Below, piece after piece: positions 11,170-19,965 of a DNA stretch of 64,000 nucleotides (positions are counted from its first letter, which is position 1; the number at the start of each line of letters is the position of its first letter). Both the position numbers and the translations under genes were made by a program. This DNA is from Desulfomonilia bacterium (GTDB lineage: Bacteria > Desulfobacterota > Desulfomonilia > UBA1062). The notes under the pieces were generated by a model that searched no databases, was not told the origin of the DNA, and worked only from the letters and a program-made list of their open reading frames with translations. The stretch lies in NCBI GenBank assembly GCA_963664325.2, contig CAXXDQ010000007.1, forward strand, positions 64,001 through 128,000. The letters are read 5' to 3'.

Positions 11170-12105
11170 TCAGTATGAGTAGCTTGCGGGGTAGCTGTAA
11201 TCGAATTTCGCCTGGAGCTTTTTATACTGGGCAAAACCGAATTTGCCTATGTAATGCTGAATATAACTTTGCCTGTCAGCGCAGCCGAGGACCCATTCGT
11301 CAAGGAAGGCCCTGAAGCCTTCTTCGGTGTTCGAGGCCTGCTGGTAGACATAGCCGAACGAAAAATCCACATCATAAAATCCCGGTGTATATCCGGGGTG
11401 GGCGCCGAAAGGCTCTTCGCAGACTGCCACCACCTTGAACGATGGAACTATGGTACGTGAAGGGTCTTTTCCTACTGTCTCCCGGCTGACTATCCTCTCG
11501 CAGCAGACGATGACCTTATTTGCCGCATTCGCCCCCCACTTGCAGTCGCCGCCTATGCCCCACATCTGGGCGTTGCCGTTTTCATCAGCCTGCTGGACAT
11601 GGATTATGGCCACATCGGGATTCAGCGCAGGCACGAGCATGACAGGCTTCCCGTCGAACGGCGAGTCGATCATCTTGTATTTGTTTTCACCCATGAACGA
11701 CCTGATATTCATCATGTCAGTGCCTACCATGTCTTTGACCGGGACGAACGGCATGCCCATGGCACCTGCCATGAACATCATCGGCAGAGACAGGTTTGTA
11801 TACTCTTCCAGCTCTATCTTATTGGGGATGCCCTTTTCTATTGATCGCCGGAAACACCTTGCAAGCCCGTAAAGTCCAAGTGAGATGAAAGTGGAGATGA
11901 ATCTTTTGACGCAGCCGGCGCCGATAAGCATGTCGAAATCATCGGCGGCGTTGCTTCTCGCAATTGTCAGGCCGGTCTTGCCCTGCCTGATCAACTCGTG
12001 GATTGCGGCAAAAGGAGGACGGCATATATAGCCTCCAATGAAGAGGAAATCGCCGTTACCGACATGCTGTGCAACGGCATCCTTGGTGGTCATAACCTTA
12101 CTCAT
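11170..12105 (-). CDS. Family I CoA-transferase alpha subunit
   Basis: IGG....P.A.IHELIRQG, AGAMGMPF, PALNPDVAIIHVQQADENGN and EEPFGAHP motifs. Confidence 0.9.
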   Translation of the reverse strand: MSKVMTTKDAVAQHVGNGDFLFIGGYICRPPFAAIHELIRQGKTGLTIARSNAADDFDMLIGAGCVKRFISTFISLGLYGLARCFRRSIEKGIPNKIELEEYTNLSLPMMFMAGAMGMPFVPVKDMVGTDMMNIRSFMGENKYKMIDSPFDGKPVMLVPALNPDVAIIHVQQADENGNAQMWGIGGDCKWGANAANKVIVCCERIVSRETVGKDPSRTIVPSFKVVAVCEEPFGAHPGYTPGFYDVDFSFGYVYQQASNTEEGFRAFLDEWVLGCADRQSYIQHYIGKFGFAQYKKLQAKFDYSYPASYSY

Positions 12106-12122
12106 AGTTCAGCTCCGGCTTT

Positions 12123-14501
12123 CTAAAGTTCATACTCGGTTCTGCTTATGATCTCGTTCTGGGCAATCTCGGACAGCCCCGTGAATTCTGCTGAATAGCC
12201 GCTGACCCTCACGAACAGGTCTGCGTACTTTTCGGGATTTTTCTGCGCCTTTCTGAGCGTTGCGGAATCTACCATGTTGAACTGTACCTGCATCCCACCC
12301 CTGTTGAAATACGTCCTTATGAGGGAAAGCAGGTTTTCGGTGCTTATCTTCCTGCCCTGAAAACGTATATTGAGGTTTGCTCCGTTAAAGATTTTGTTCA
12401 GAGGAAGCTTGGCCACTGAATTCATCATCGCAGTCGGGCCGGAGACGGCGTTTCCCGTTGTCGGGGTTATGCCGTTGCCGAGGACATCGCCTGCATGCCT
12501 TCCGTCGGGTGAGGCGGCCGAGAATGCCCCGAAGCTTATATGAAATCCGACCGAGAATATTCCGGGCCAGTATGAGCCGCCCCGGTAATTTCTGTATTTT
12601 GACAGGGTCTCGCAGAAATGCCCGGCAACCCTGGCCGCCATCTCGTCAGCCTCGTCAATGTCGTTTCCGTATTTCGGAACCTTTTTAAGGAAATAGCTGC
12701 GTTTGGGTTCTGCATCCTGCCAGTCCTGGGATAGCCATTCCGAGAGCTGTCCGATGGAATATTTTTTGTCCTCGAAAATGGCTTTTTTAATGGAGTAGAG
12801 GCTGTCGGAGGTATTGGCGAAACCCATGAGCTGAACACCGGTCGAGTTGTAGACGGCGCCTCCTTTCGTGAGGTCAATTCCCTTGTCCATAGGGCCTTCG
12901 ACCATTGCGGAAGCAAAGGGGGAGGGCACGTTTTCCGCTATCGACCTGTCGAGCACAGTCATACCCTTTGCCATCTGGTTTATGAAATGGTTCATCTGTG
13001 TATCATATGCGTTCCAGACATCTTCAAAACTTTCAAACGAGGCCGGATCCCCTGTTTCGGGTCCGGACTGGTATCCGAAGATGTTGTCGATCCCGTTCGA
13101 GAGCGCCAGTTCGACGCATTTTATACCGTTGAACTGTACGGCGAATGTCGAGCCGAAGGTCTTGCCCTGGGCGCTCGGCTCAAGACATCCGACAACACCG
13201 TAGTTCCTGGCATCTTCAAGAGTATGTCCTGCGCCTACCAGATTTTCCACTATGGCCTCGTCGTTGAAGAAATGCATTAGCACCCCGTCTCTGGCATAAT
13301 CTATGGCCTTTTTAAAGAAATCCTTGGGCGTTTTCTTGCAGACCCTGACACCGAAATTGGGCTGCACCGTCCTGATGTCGGCATACGCCTCAAGGCCAAC
13401 CAGACTGAGTTCGTTTGTCGCATCATTACCGTCAGGACCGAGACCTCCTACGGTGACGTTTTGCGTCGTCTTGCCTTCCGTTCCTTCTCCTCCCGGGATG
13501 AATGCCTCTTCCAGCACGTTCCATATCTCGTTCGTTTTGATGAAGAGCAGAGACAGGAGCTCCTGCGCATGCTCCGCGGTAATCCTGCCTGCCTTCCTGT
13601 CTTTCTGATAATATGGATTGAGTATCTGGTCTATGCGTCCCAGGGATATGGAGTTTCCTCCCGACTCTATCTGAGCAGCCAGATGAATGAAGTATATGCT
13701 CTGCACCGCCTCATGGAAGCTTTGAGCGGGATTTTCGGGGACCCGGCTGCAGACCTTTGCGATCTCAAGAAGTTCCTCGGCGCGCTCCTTATCGGGTTCG
13801 TTTGCCGCCATCTCTCTTGCCTTGTCGCTGTAGCGGTTTGCGAACATGACAGCCGCCTTCATGGAGCGTATCATGGACTGATAAAATATGCCCTTCTCCG
13901 ATTTCTTTTCATCGGGGCTTAAAGAACTGAACTTTTCTTCCGCCTCGGCAATAATGCCCTTAAGTCCCTTGGCAAGGACCTTTTCATGGTTCATGGTGAA
14001 GTGGCCGATACCGTAGGTAATCTCGAGCATCATGGTAAATATATATTTGTCCATGTCCTCTTCGACATCAGCGGGAAGGGCTTTTTCCATGACCTCTTCC
14101 ACTGACCTCCCTTTCCAGAAGGGAAGGATCCCGTCTCTTAGTTCGTCTTTTTCGGCTTCTGTGATAAGAGCCCTCTGGAGAAGCCTTATCTCGAATGCGT
14201 CAAGGTCGCCTTCTATCCAGCGCGACTTGTTCTCGGGGAATAAAGGGGCGCCCTTGAGCTTCTCCGTCCGGCATCCTACTATGATTTCGTCTTCCCTGAT
14301 TATGACACTGATGTTTTTCAGGATATGCTCAAAGGCAAGGCTGATGCGCTCAAGGGGATGACATCCCCAGTTTTTGCGCATGGATTCTGTAAGATACCTT
14401 GCGCGCTCGATGCAAACCTCCTGAGGCGCGTGAATTATCCTGTTCCTCAGTTTATGAACCCTGGTGTCTTCGATCTTGAGTGCAGCGTTTGTATTTTTCA
14501 T
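12123..14501 (-). CDS. Glycyl radical enzyme 1 (PFL-like superfamily, eliminase-type, substrate unknown)
   Basis: C-terminal glycyl radical loop VRVSGYS and Cys loop VVGCLEP. About 790 aa. ATG 14501 with GGGGG RBS. Confidence 0.93.
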   Translation of the reverse strand: MKNTNAALKIEDTRVHKLRNRIIHAPQEVCIERARYLTESMRKNWGCHPLERISLAFEHILKNISVIIREDEIIVGCRTEKLKGAPLFPENKSRWIEGDLDAFEIRLLQRALITEAEKDELRDGILPFWKGRSVEEVMEKALPADVEEDMDKYIFTMMLEITYGIGHFTMNHEKVLAKGLKGIIAEAEEKFSSLSPDEKKSEKGIFYQSMIRSMKAAVMFANRYSDKAREMAANEPDKERAEELLEIAKVCSRVPENPAQSFHEAVQSIYFIHLAAQIESGGNSISLGRIDQILNPYYQKDRKAGRITAEHAQELLSLLFIKTNEIWNVLEEAFIPGGEGTEGKTTQNVTVGGLGPDGNDATNELSLVGLEAYADIRTVQPNFGVRVCKKTPKDFFKKAIDYARDGVLMHFFNDEAIVENLVGAGHTLEDARNYGVVGCLEPSAQGKTFGSTFAVQFNGIKCVELALSNGIDNIFGYQSGPETGDPASFESFEDVWNAYDTQMNHFINQMAKGMTVLDRSIAENVPSPFASAMVEGPMDKGIDLTKGGAVYNSTGVQLMGFANTSDSLYSIKKAIFEDKKYSIGQLSEWLSQDWQDAEPKRSYFLKKVPKYGNDIDEADEMAARVAGHFCETLSKYRNYRGGSYWPGIFSVGFHISFGAFSAASPDGRHAGDVLGNGITPTTGNAVSGPTAMMNSVAKLPLNKIFNGANLNIRFQGRKISTENLLSLIRTYFNRGGMQVQFNMVDSATLRKAQKNPEKYADLFVRVSGYSAEFTGLSEIAQNEIISRTEYEL

Positions 14502-14634
14502 ATAGTCCCCCTTAGTCACAGAATATGTGCTCGCCAGACAGAATTCAACAGCAGGTGAAGAAGAAAATCATTTTCAGTTCTAATTCCTAAAAAATATTTT
14601 TCTTATTCCCGCATTAATGTTCTGTCTTCCGTAT

Positions 14635-15456
14635 TTACACCTTTATGTGCATGTAGCTTACAAGTATCTTGTCCCTGACGCTGACAGGGAGGAAACGGTT
14701 GAGCATCTGAAGGAAACCGCTGCCGGCGTCGATCTGGTTGAATATCTTCGGCTTGTCCGCAGTCACGACCTTTACTATTCTCTTTGCGGCAAATTCAGGG
14801 GTAGGCGCTGTCTTTATCAATTCGTTGTCACGGTCAATGAATCTTTTGGCCCTGTCACGGTAGGGCGAGCCTTCAGGCGGCAGGAAATGTATTTTTGCGG
14901 CGAATGTAGTGGAGACCTGAGCCGGCTCTATCAGGGCGATGCGGATGCCGAAGGGTTCGACCTCGTGCTTGAGCGAGAGCACCATTCCAGTTACTGCAAA
15001 TTTGCTGGCCGAATATATCGATTCGAAAGGAAATGGAATTCTGCCTACGAGCGAAGACATGGCGACAAGCTTTCCATGACCCTGCTTGCGCATCGACGGG
15101 ATAAAGGCCTGGAAGATTGCGGCTGCACCGATCACATTGATCTCGAGGCATTTGAGCGCCTTTTCAAGGCTTACCTCTTCGAAAGGGCCGAAAAAACCGA
15201 TGCCGACATTGGAGAGAACCGTGTCAACCGAACCATACCTTTTTAAAACTTCATCCCTGAAATTAAGGATGCCTGCGCGGTTGGTGATGTCCATGTCCGT
15301 GAGATAATGTTTGTCCCCCAGCTCTTTGCGAAGCGTTTCAACCCCGGATTTGTCGACATCGAAACCGGCTATCGTGTAACCCTGCTGGGCAAGCATCTTT
15401 GCAACATGCCTTCCCATCCCGTCTGCAAGTCCCGTAATTACTATTACATTTCCCAT
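14635..15456 (-). CDS. Classical short-chain dehydrogenase/reductase
   Basis: TGLADGMG, SNVG, MSS and catalytic YSASK. Confidence 0.92.
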   Translation of the reverse strand: MGNVIVITGLADGMGRHVAKMLAQQGYTIAGFDVDKSGVETLRKELGDKHYLTDMDITNRAGILNFRDEVLKRYGSVDTVLSNVGIGFFGPFEEVSLEKALKCLEINVIGAAAIFQAFIPSMRKQGHGKLVAMSSLVGRIPFPFESIYSASKFAVTGMVLSLKHEVEPFGIRIALIEPAQVSTTFAAKIHFLPPEGSPYRDRAKRFIDRDNELIKTAPTPEFAAKRIVKVVTADKPKIFNQIDAGSGFLQMLNRFLPVSVRDKILVSYMHIKV

Positions 15457-15487
15457 CTTTGACCTCCTGGTATATTTATCTTATTTT

Positions 15488-15613
15488 ATTCCGCTTCGCA
15501 TTCAAGCGCTCCCTTTGTCGGCCTCGTCGGAATTCTCCTCGACATACGTCAAAAGTATGCCTGCGTCGATCCCTCCTTGCCTCCTCGGTATCATCTTGAA
15601 TGCAAAACGGAAT
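15488..15613. repeat. 126-bp palindromic element, copy C (divergent termini)
   Basis: ATTCCGCTTCGCATTCAAG...CTTGAATGCAAAACGGAAT termini and central GACATAC-N7-GTATGCC. Same length and register as copy A. Confidence 0.7.
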
Positions 15614-15617
15614 GGGT

Positions 15618-16598
15618 TCATTGATTCCGGTACCATTCTTTCATCTGAGCCATGGATAATCTGAAGTCCGGGTAAATGAGCTTGTACCCCGTGGCCTTCA
15701 ACTTGGAATTGTCCACGACATAATCGTAATAAAGGTATTTCACCGCATCATATTCCAGATCCGGGATCTTGCCCTTCTTGGCGGAAACAGCCCCGTCGAT
15801 TCTGGCTACGGCCTTGACGAGCCACAGCGGCAGGTGGAGCTTGGGAGGTTTAGTGCCGAAGGTTTTAGCTGCAAGCGTCAAGGCTTCGCCTATCTGCGGA
15901 TAAGTGTCCTCTGCGATGTTATAAGCCTGCCCGACGGCGCTTTCTATGTGGGAGAGATGGTCAACGGCGGCGGCGACGTCTTCGGCCCTTATGTTTGAAA
16001 GAAGCTGGCGGCCGCTTCCCGGGATCGCCGTGATCGATGTCGGCCTGGAAAAGGCCTTGCCGGCCCCGTCATTGCACCGGGGTCCGTAGACTGTGCACGG
16101 TCTTGTGATAATAGCCGGGAAACCTTCTCTGATCTTACGCCACAGAACATCCTCCCCGTCCCGTTTGCTCCTGCCGTAACTGTCCTGCGGGTCCCTGGGG
16201 CCGTCCTCTCTGAAGGGAGTGCCCTTGTAGTAACCGTAAACGCTTGTCGATCCGACATGCACATAGCATTTAACGCCCGCTTTGGCCGCCTCTGACGTGA
16301 TGCGGTCAACCCCGACAACATTTGTGGGATACAGCTTTTCATATGGTGTCGAGAAATTGCATATGGCGCCGAGATGGAAGATACGGTCAACCCCGCCTTT
16401 GAAGAGGGGAGGTATGGTTTCCGGCTTCGTAAGGTCAGCAGCTACGTACTCCACGCCGAGTTTCTCAAAAAATGAAATATCTTTCCTGGGCCTGGCGCTG
16501 GCTCTCACGCGTACGCCTTTTTTTGCGAGATATTCAACCAGGTGGCTGCCCATGAAACCAGCCGCGCCTGTAACAAGGGTAATACCTGAAAACTCCAT
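15618..16598 (-). CDS. Extended SDR / NAD-dependent epimerase-dehydratase (3-beta-HSD-like)
   Basis: TGAAGFMG, HLGA, STSVYG, YGRSK and RPCTVYGP motifs. Confidence 0.9.
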   Translation of the reverse strand: MEFSGITLVTGAAGFMGSHLVEYLAKKGVRVRASARPRKDISFFEKLGVEYVAADLTKPETIPPLFKGGVDRIFHLGAICNFSTPYEKLYPTNVVGVDRITSEAAKAGVKCYVHVGSTSVYGYYKGTPFREDGPRDPQDSYGRSKRDGEDVLWRKIREGFPAIITRPCTVYGPRCNDGAGKAFSRPTSITAIPGSGRQLLSNIRAEDVAAAVDHLSHIESAVGQAYNIAEDTYPQIGEALTLAAKTFGTKPPKLHLPLWLVKAVARIDGAVSAKKGKIPDLEYDAVKYLYYDYVVDNSKLKATGYKLIYPDFRLSMAQMKEWYRNQ

Positions 16599-16635
16599 GA
16601 AAAACCTCCTTTAGGGCGTTATTAATTCATATACT

Positions 16636-16691
16636 GACAGGCAGCCGTTTCAATGACGTCTTAAGAGTGCCGGCTCCCAGGCCTGCCTGTC
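16636..16691. repeat. Intergenic inverted repeat
   Basis: GACAGGCAG (16636-16644) and CTGCCTGTC (16683-16691) between padR and the epimerase gene. Confidence 0.5.
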
Positions 16692-16754
16692 CTTTTATTT
16701 GCTAACTCCTTGACCTGCTGCGCTCAAGAGTGTCCGTTCCACTGCAAGGTTATT

Positions 16755-17312
16755 TCATATGCTCAACGAAAAATAATCTTTGTCGGTAATGTTATCTTCA
16801 ATCTGTTTTCTGGCCGTTTTCAGCCACTCGAGATACATTTCATTAAATGTGACCCCGAGATTGGACAGAAGTTTTACATACGGCCCCTGACTTTGCCACC
16901 TCAGGGAATTGCTGGTTCGCCTTTCCAGCTGTGCCTCGTATGAGGCGATCTGTGAGTCAATTATTCTCAAAACATCTTCCGGTCCGCCAAATCCGAAAAA
17001 TGCGAATTTAAGCAGAAAGGGATCGCGAAGAAGCATGGATTTGTCTACCGGCTCCTTAAGCCATTCGGAAAAAACCTCACGCCCCTTGTCTGTAATTGAA
17101 TAAAGTTTGCGCCTAGGCCCCTGTCTGCTGGCAGGAGAGGATTTAAGCATTCTGATGAGCCCTTTATTTTCAAGGTCTTTCAATATAGGATAAATCTGGC
17201 CGAAGTTGACAGACCACATATGGCCGAAATTGTTTTCGAGATGCTCCTTGATGCGATAGCCGTGCATATCACGGTATTGGAGAAGACCAAGCACTGCATA
17301 ATTCAGCGACAT
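16755..17312 (-). CDS. PadR family transcriptional regulator (AphA-like, long C-terminal domain)
   Basis: VLGLL....HGY.I, W..NFGQIYP.L..LE..G, RKLYSITDKG and EWL motifs. Confidence 0.93.
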   Translation of the reverse strand: MSLNYAVLGLLQYRDMHGYRIKEHLENNFGHMWSVNFGQIYPILKDLENKGLIRMLKSSPASRQGPRRKLYSITDKGREVFSEWLKEPVDKSMLLRDPFLLKFAFFGFGGPEDVLRIIDSQIASYEAQLERRTSNSLRWQSQGPYVKLLSNLGVTFNEMYLEWLKTARKQIEDNITDKDYFSLSI

Positions 17313-17339
17313 CTGACCTCCATTCTAAATATGCAAATC

Positions 17340-17360
17340 ACTATATACAATCTATATAGT
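17340..17360. promoter_or_regulatory. Palindromic operator upstream of padR (putative autoregulatory site)
   Basis: ACTATATA-caatc-TATATAGT perfect 8-bp inverted repeat, about 30 bp before the padR ATG. Minus-strand TTGACT at 17379-17374. Confidence 0.6.
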
Positions 17361-17506
17361 TTAATTTTTATGAAGTCAAACTAAAAAAAATTGATTTTAA
17401 GACTTTTCCCCTACCCTTGAATAAATTTGAGATACTTGTTGGATTGATGTTAAGGTGCATTCGGAATAAAAATAATAAAGGGAAAAGGATTGAAAGTTCT
17501 ATTTTC

Positions 17507-19150
17507 TTATCTTAACGCCCTTCCGAGGTTCTCGAGAGTAGGCGGATAATCAAACCGGCCCACGCAGACTTCAATGAAAACCATTTTATCCTTGTGCTCC
17601 TGCGCCGCTTTCAGCGCTTCTTCAAGACCGCCTTCGGTATCAACCCTGAAACTTATCCGACCGCCGAAAATTTCAGGGAGCTTGTGATATTGCCAGGGCT
17701 GGATGTCGTTATAAATGTTGTCGTAAATCACCCGCTCGATTTGGTAGCCGTCATTGTTTATCAGAAACACCACAGGATTCTGACCGTTCCTGATGATTGT
17801 TGAAAGCTCCTGGCAGGTCATCTGAAAAGCACCGTCGCCGATTATAACAACGGGCCTGCTTTCCGGTTTTGCGAATTTAACCCCAATCGAAGCAGGCAGG
17901 CTGTAGCCAATCGAGAGGTAAAAATCCTGTGCAAGCATCAAGGCGTCTTCCGGCAGGTGCATGGCAGCGCTTTCTAATGTTGCACTCCCTGCATCGGCAA
18001 CAATGATATGCCCTTTACCAATGAAGCGGTTCAGCCTTTCCCAGAACCTTTTTGATGTCATTCTGGCATTTTTACGGGGGATGTAGGCACTGTCAAGCAG
18101 ATGGGACGGATGGTCTTTATCCTTCAGGCGGCATTTCCCTGCCTTAACCTTCCGGGTCAATTCCCTGACAAAAAGCTCAAGCGGAACGTTTTCATAATAA
18201 TGGTTTTTTATCCTGACCGAATTGACATAAGCATAAATCATTTTTTCCTGATCGAGCCTTGATGTAAACAGCCCTATATTGAAGTCGGTAAAGAGAACAC
18301 CGAGGACGAGCAGGGCATCGGCGTCTTCTATCAAATGCCTGGTCCTGCTGCTAAGAAGCTTCGAACTGTATGTCCCGATGAAATTAGGCAGGGTTTCAGG
18401 TATCATGCCCTTGCTGCTCATGGTAGAGGAGACTGCAAAACCCGATCGCATTAAAAACCTGAACAATTCATCTTCTATTCCGAGTTTTGTGAATGCGGCA
18501 CCTGCATAAACAGCAGGCCTCTTAGCAGATTTTATCATTGAAAACGCCTCCTTCACAGATTCTTTAAGGGCGTTTTCATCAAGGGGTATGCACATGTCAG
18601 GGTTCCAGTCTCCGGGCCTGTCGCATTCCGCCTGAACAATGTCAGCGGGTATTTCTATAAAAACCGGCCTTCTGAACAAAAGGCAGTCGTTTATCACCCT
18701 GTCAATCTCGGAAGGGGCTTTGTCCGGGTCAGACAGCAGCGCTGCCGATGCGGTTATCTTGTCATATATATCAGTTTGAAGGTTTGAATGGCCCGCTATA
18801 TGGTGGAGCAGGCCCTCATGGTCTTTCCTGAGCGACAGTTTGGGGCCTCCGCATATCGCAATGACCGGGACATGTTCGGCATATGCTCCTGCAATTGCGT
18901 TGAGGAGACTGAAAGCGCCGACTCCATATGTCACGCATACGGCTCCTGCGCCGTTAAACCGTGCATAGGCGTCTGCCGCATAACCGGCATTAAGCTCATT
19001 GCATGTGCCAACGACCTTGATTGAGCTGTCCTCAAGCATGTCGAAAAATTTAAGGACATAATCCCCCGGGATACCGAATATATGCCTGATGCCTATCTGT
19101 TTAAGCCTTGCAATAATGTATTCACCGACAGTGGTTTTCTTTTTTAGCAT
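17507..19150 (-). CDS. ThDP-dependent 2-oxo-acid decarboxylase (pyruvate/indolepyruvate/phenylpyruvate decarboxylase family)
   Basis: GIPGDY, NELNAGYAADAYAR, LLHH and the GDGAFQM...NNDGY.IER ThDP motif. Confidence 0.93.
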   Translation of the reverse strand: MLKKKTTVGEYIIARLKQIGIRHIFGIPGDYVLKFFDMLEDSSIKVVGTCNELNAGYAADAYARFNGAGAVCVTYGVGAFSLLNAIAGAYAEHVPVIAICGGPKLSLRKDHEGLLHHIAGHSNLQTDIYDKITASAALLSDPDKAPSEIDRVINDCLLFRRPVFIEIPADIVQAECDRPGDWNPDMCIPLDENALKESVKEAFSMIKSAKRPAVYAGAAFTKLGIEDELFRFLMRSGFAVSSTMSSKGMIPETLPNFIGTYSSKLLSSRTRHLIEDADALLVLGVLFTDFNIGLFTSRLDQEKMIYAYVNSVRIKNHYYENVPLELFVRELTRKVKAGKCRLKDKDHPSHLLDSAYIPRKNARMTSKRFWERLNRFIGKGHIIVADAGSATLESAAMHLPEDALMLAQDFYLSIGYSLPASIGVKFAKPESRPVVIIGDGAFQMTCQELSTIIRNGQNPVVFLINNDGYQIERVIYDNIYNDIQPWQYHKLPEIFGGRISFRVDTEGGLEEALKAAQEHKDKMVFIEVCVGRFDYPPTLENLGRALR

Positions 19151-19359
19151 TCTTTCACCTCTTATAAGAAACCGTATCACTTGATTATATTGCTTCCCGG
19201 TAATCTTGCCTTTTCCATGATCTCATCTTTCAACCGTATACCGGCTTTATCGTATAATAGATTTGCCGACTTGAAATAAAACTTTTGTAATGCCCGAGGA
19301 GACAGGGAATTTGTGGGGATGCTCAAGGCGTCTTCCGCGGCATGAACCTCTCAGTCAGA

Positions 19360-19809
19360 TTAAACGGACTTGTCCTTGCCCCTGAGACCCCACAGCAGGA
19401 TAACGCATGTTACAAGTATGGCGATTGCCATTGAAGTAAGACAAAATTTAATTATTGCCTCCTGTATGGGCGTACCCAGCGCACCTGCACCAGACATTGG
19501 CATCATGGACTGGCCAGCTCCAAGGGCCGCCGCTGTAAGGGTGGTCGCCCAGTTGGCATAGGCACCGTAAATGGCCAGCCAGAATGTGATTATATAAACG
19601 GGCTTTGACAGCCGGAGCCTTGGCCATATCAGGCCTACCACGGCCAGAAACGTGCCGCTCATCACGCCTTCGAGGTGGCTTGAAAGACCCATTCGGGGAT
19701 TGGCCAGCATAGGGACTGTCAAGCCTGAGAGAAGCCCGAGAAAGAACAGAAGAATGCCGTAGCGTACCAGACGGCGGCCGGCTTGTTGCCCTGAGTAATC
19801 ATTTTCCAT
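19360..19809 (-). CDS. HabB-like (hydroxylaminobenzene mutase) small membrane isomerase
   Basis: RRL...G..LF.LGLL.G...P..ANPRMGLSSHLEG...G.FL...GL.WP and YG.YANW closely match HabB as I recall it. About 4 TM helices. Confidence 0.75.
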   Translation of the reverse strand: MENDYSGQQAGRRLVRYGILLFFLGLLSGLTVPMLANPRMGLSSHLEGVMSGTFLAVVGLIWPRLRLSKPVYIITFWLAIYGAYANWATTLTAAALGAGQSMMPMSGAGALGTPIQEAIIKFCLTSMAIAILVTCVILLWGLRGKDKSV

Positions 19810-19965
19810 AACACCTCCGTAAATCCCGAATATTTTGATTTATAAGTCCAACTATCAATATACATGATGACTGGTTCCGCTATTGTTTTAACCGCACCAT
19901 GATTCAATATCCTTTTTTACGATACTGCTCTTAAAATCAAAACATTTATGATTTCACTGTCCGCA

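Noticed and set aside
14617-15246. 209-aa plus-strand ORF
   Set aside because: Antisense shadow of the SDR gene with no recognisable motifs.
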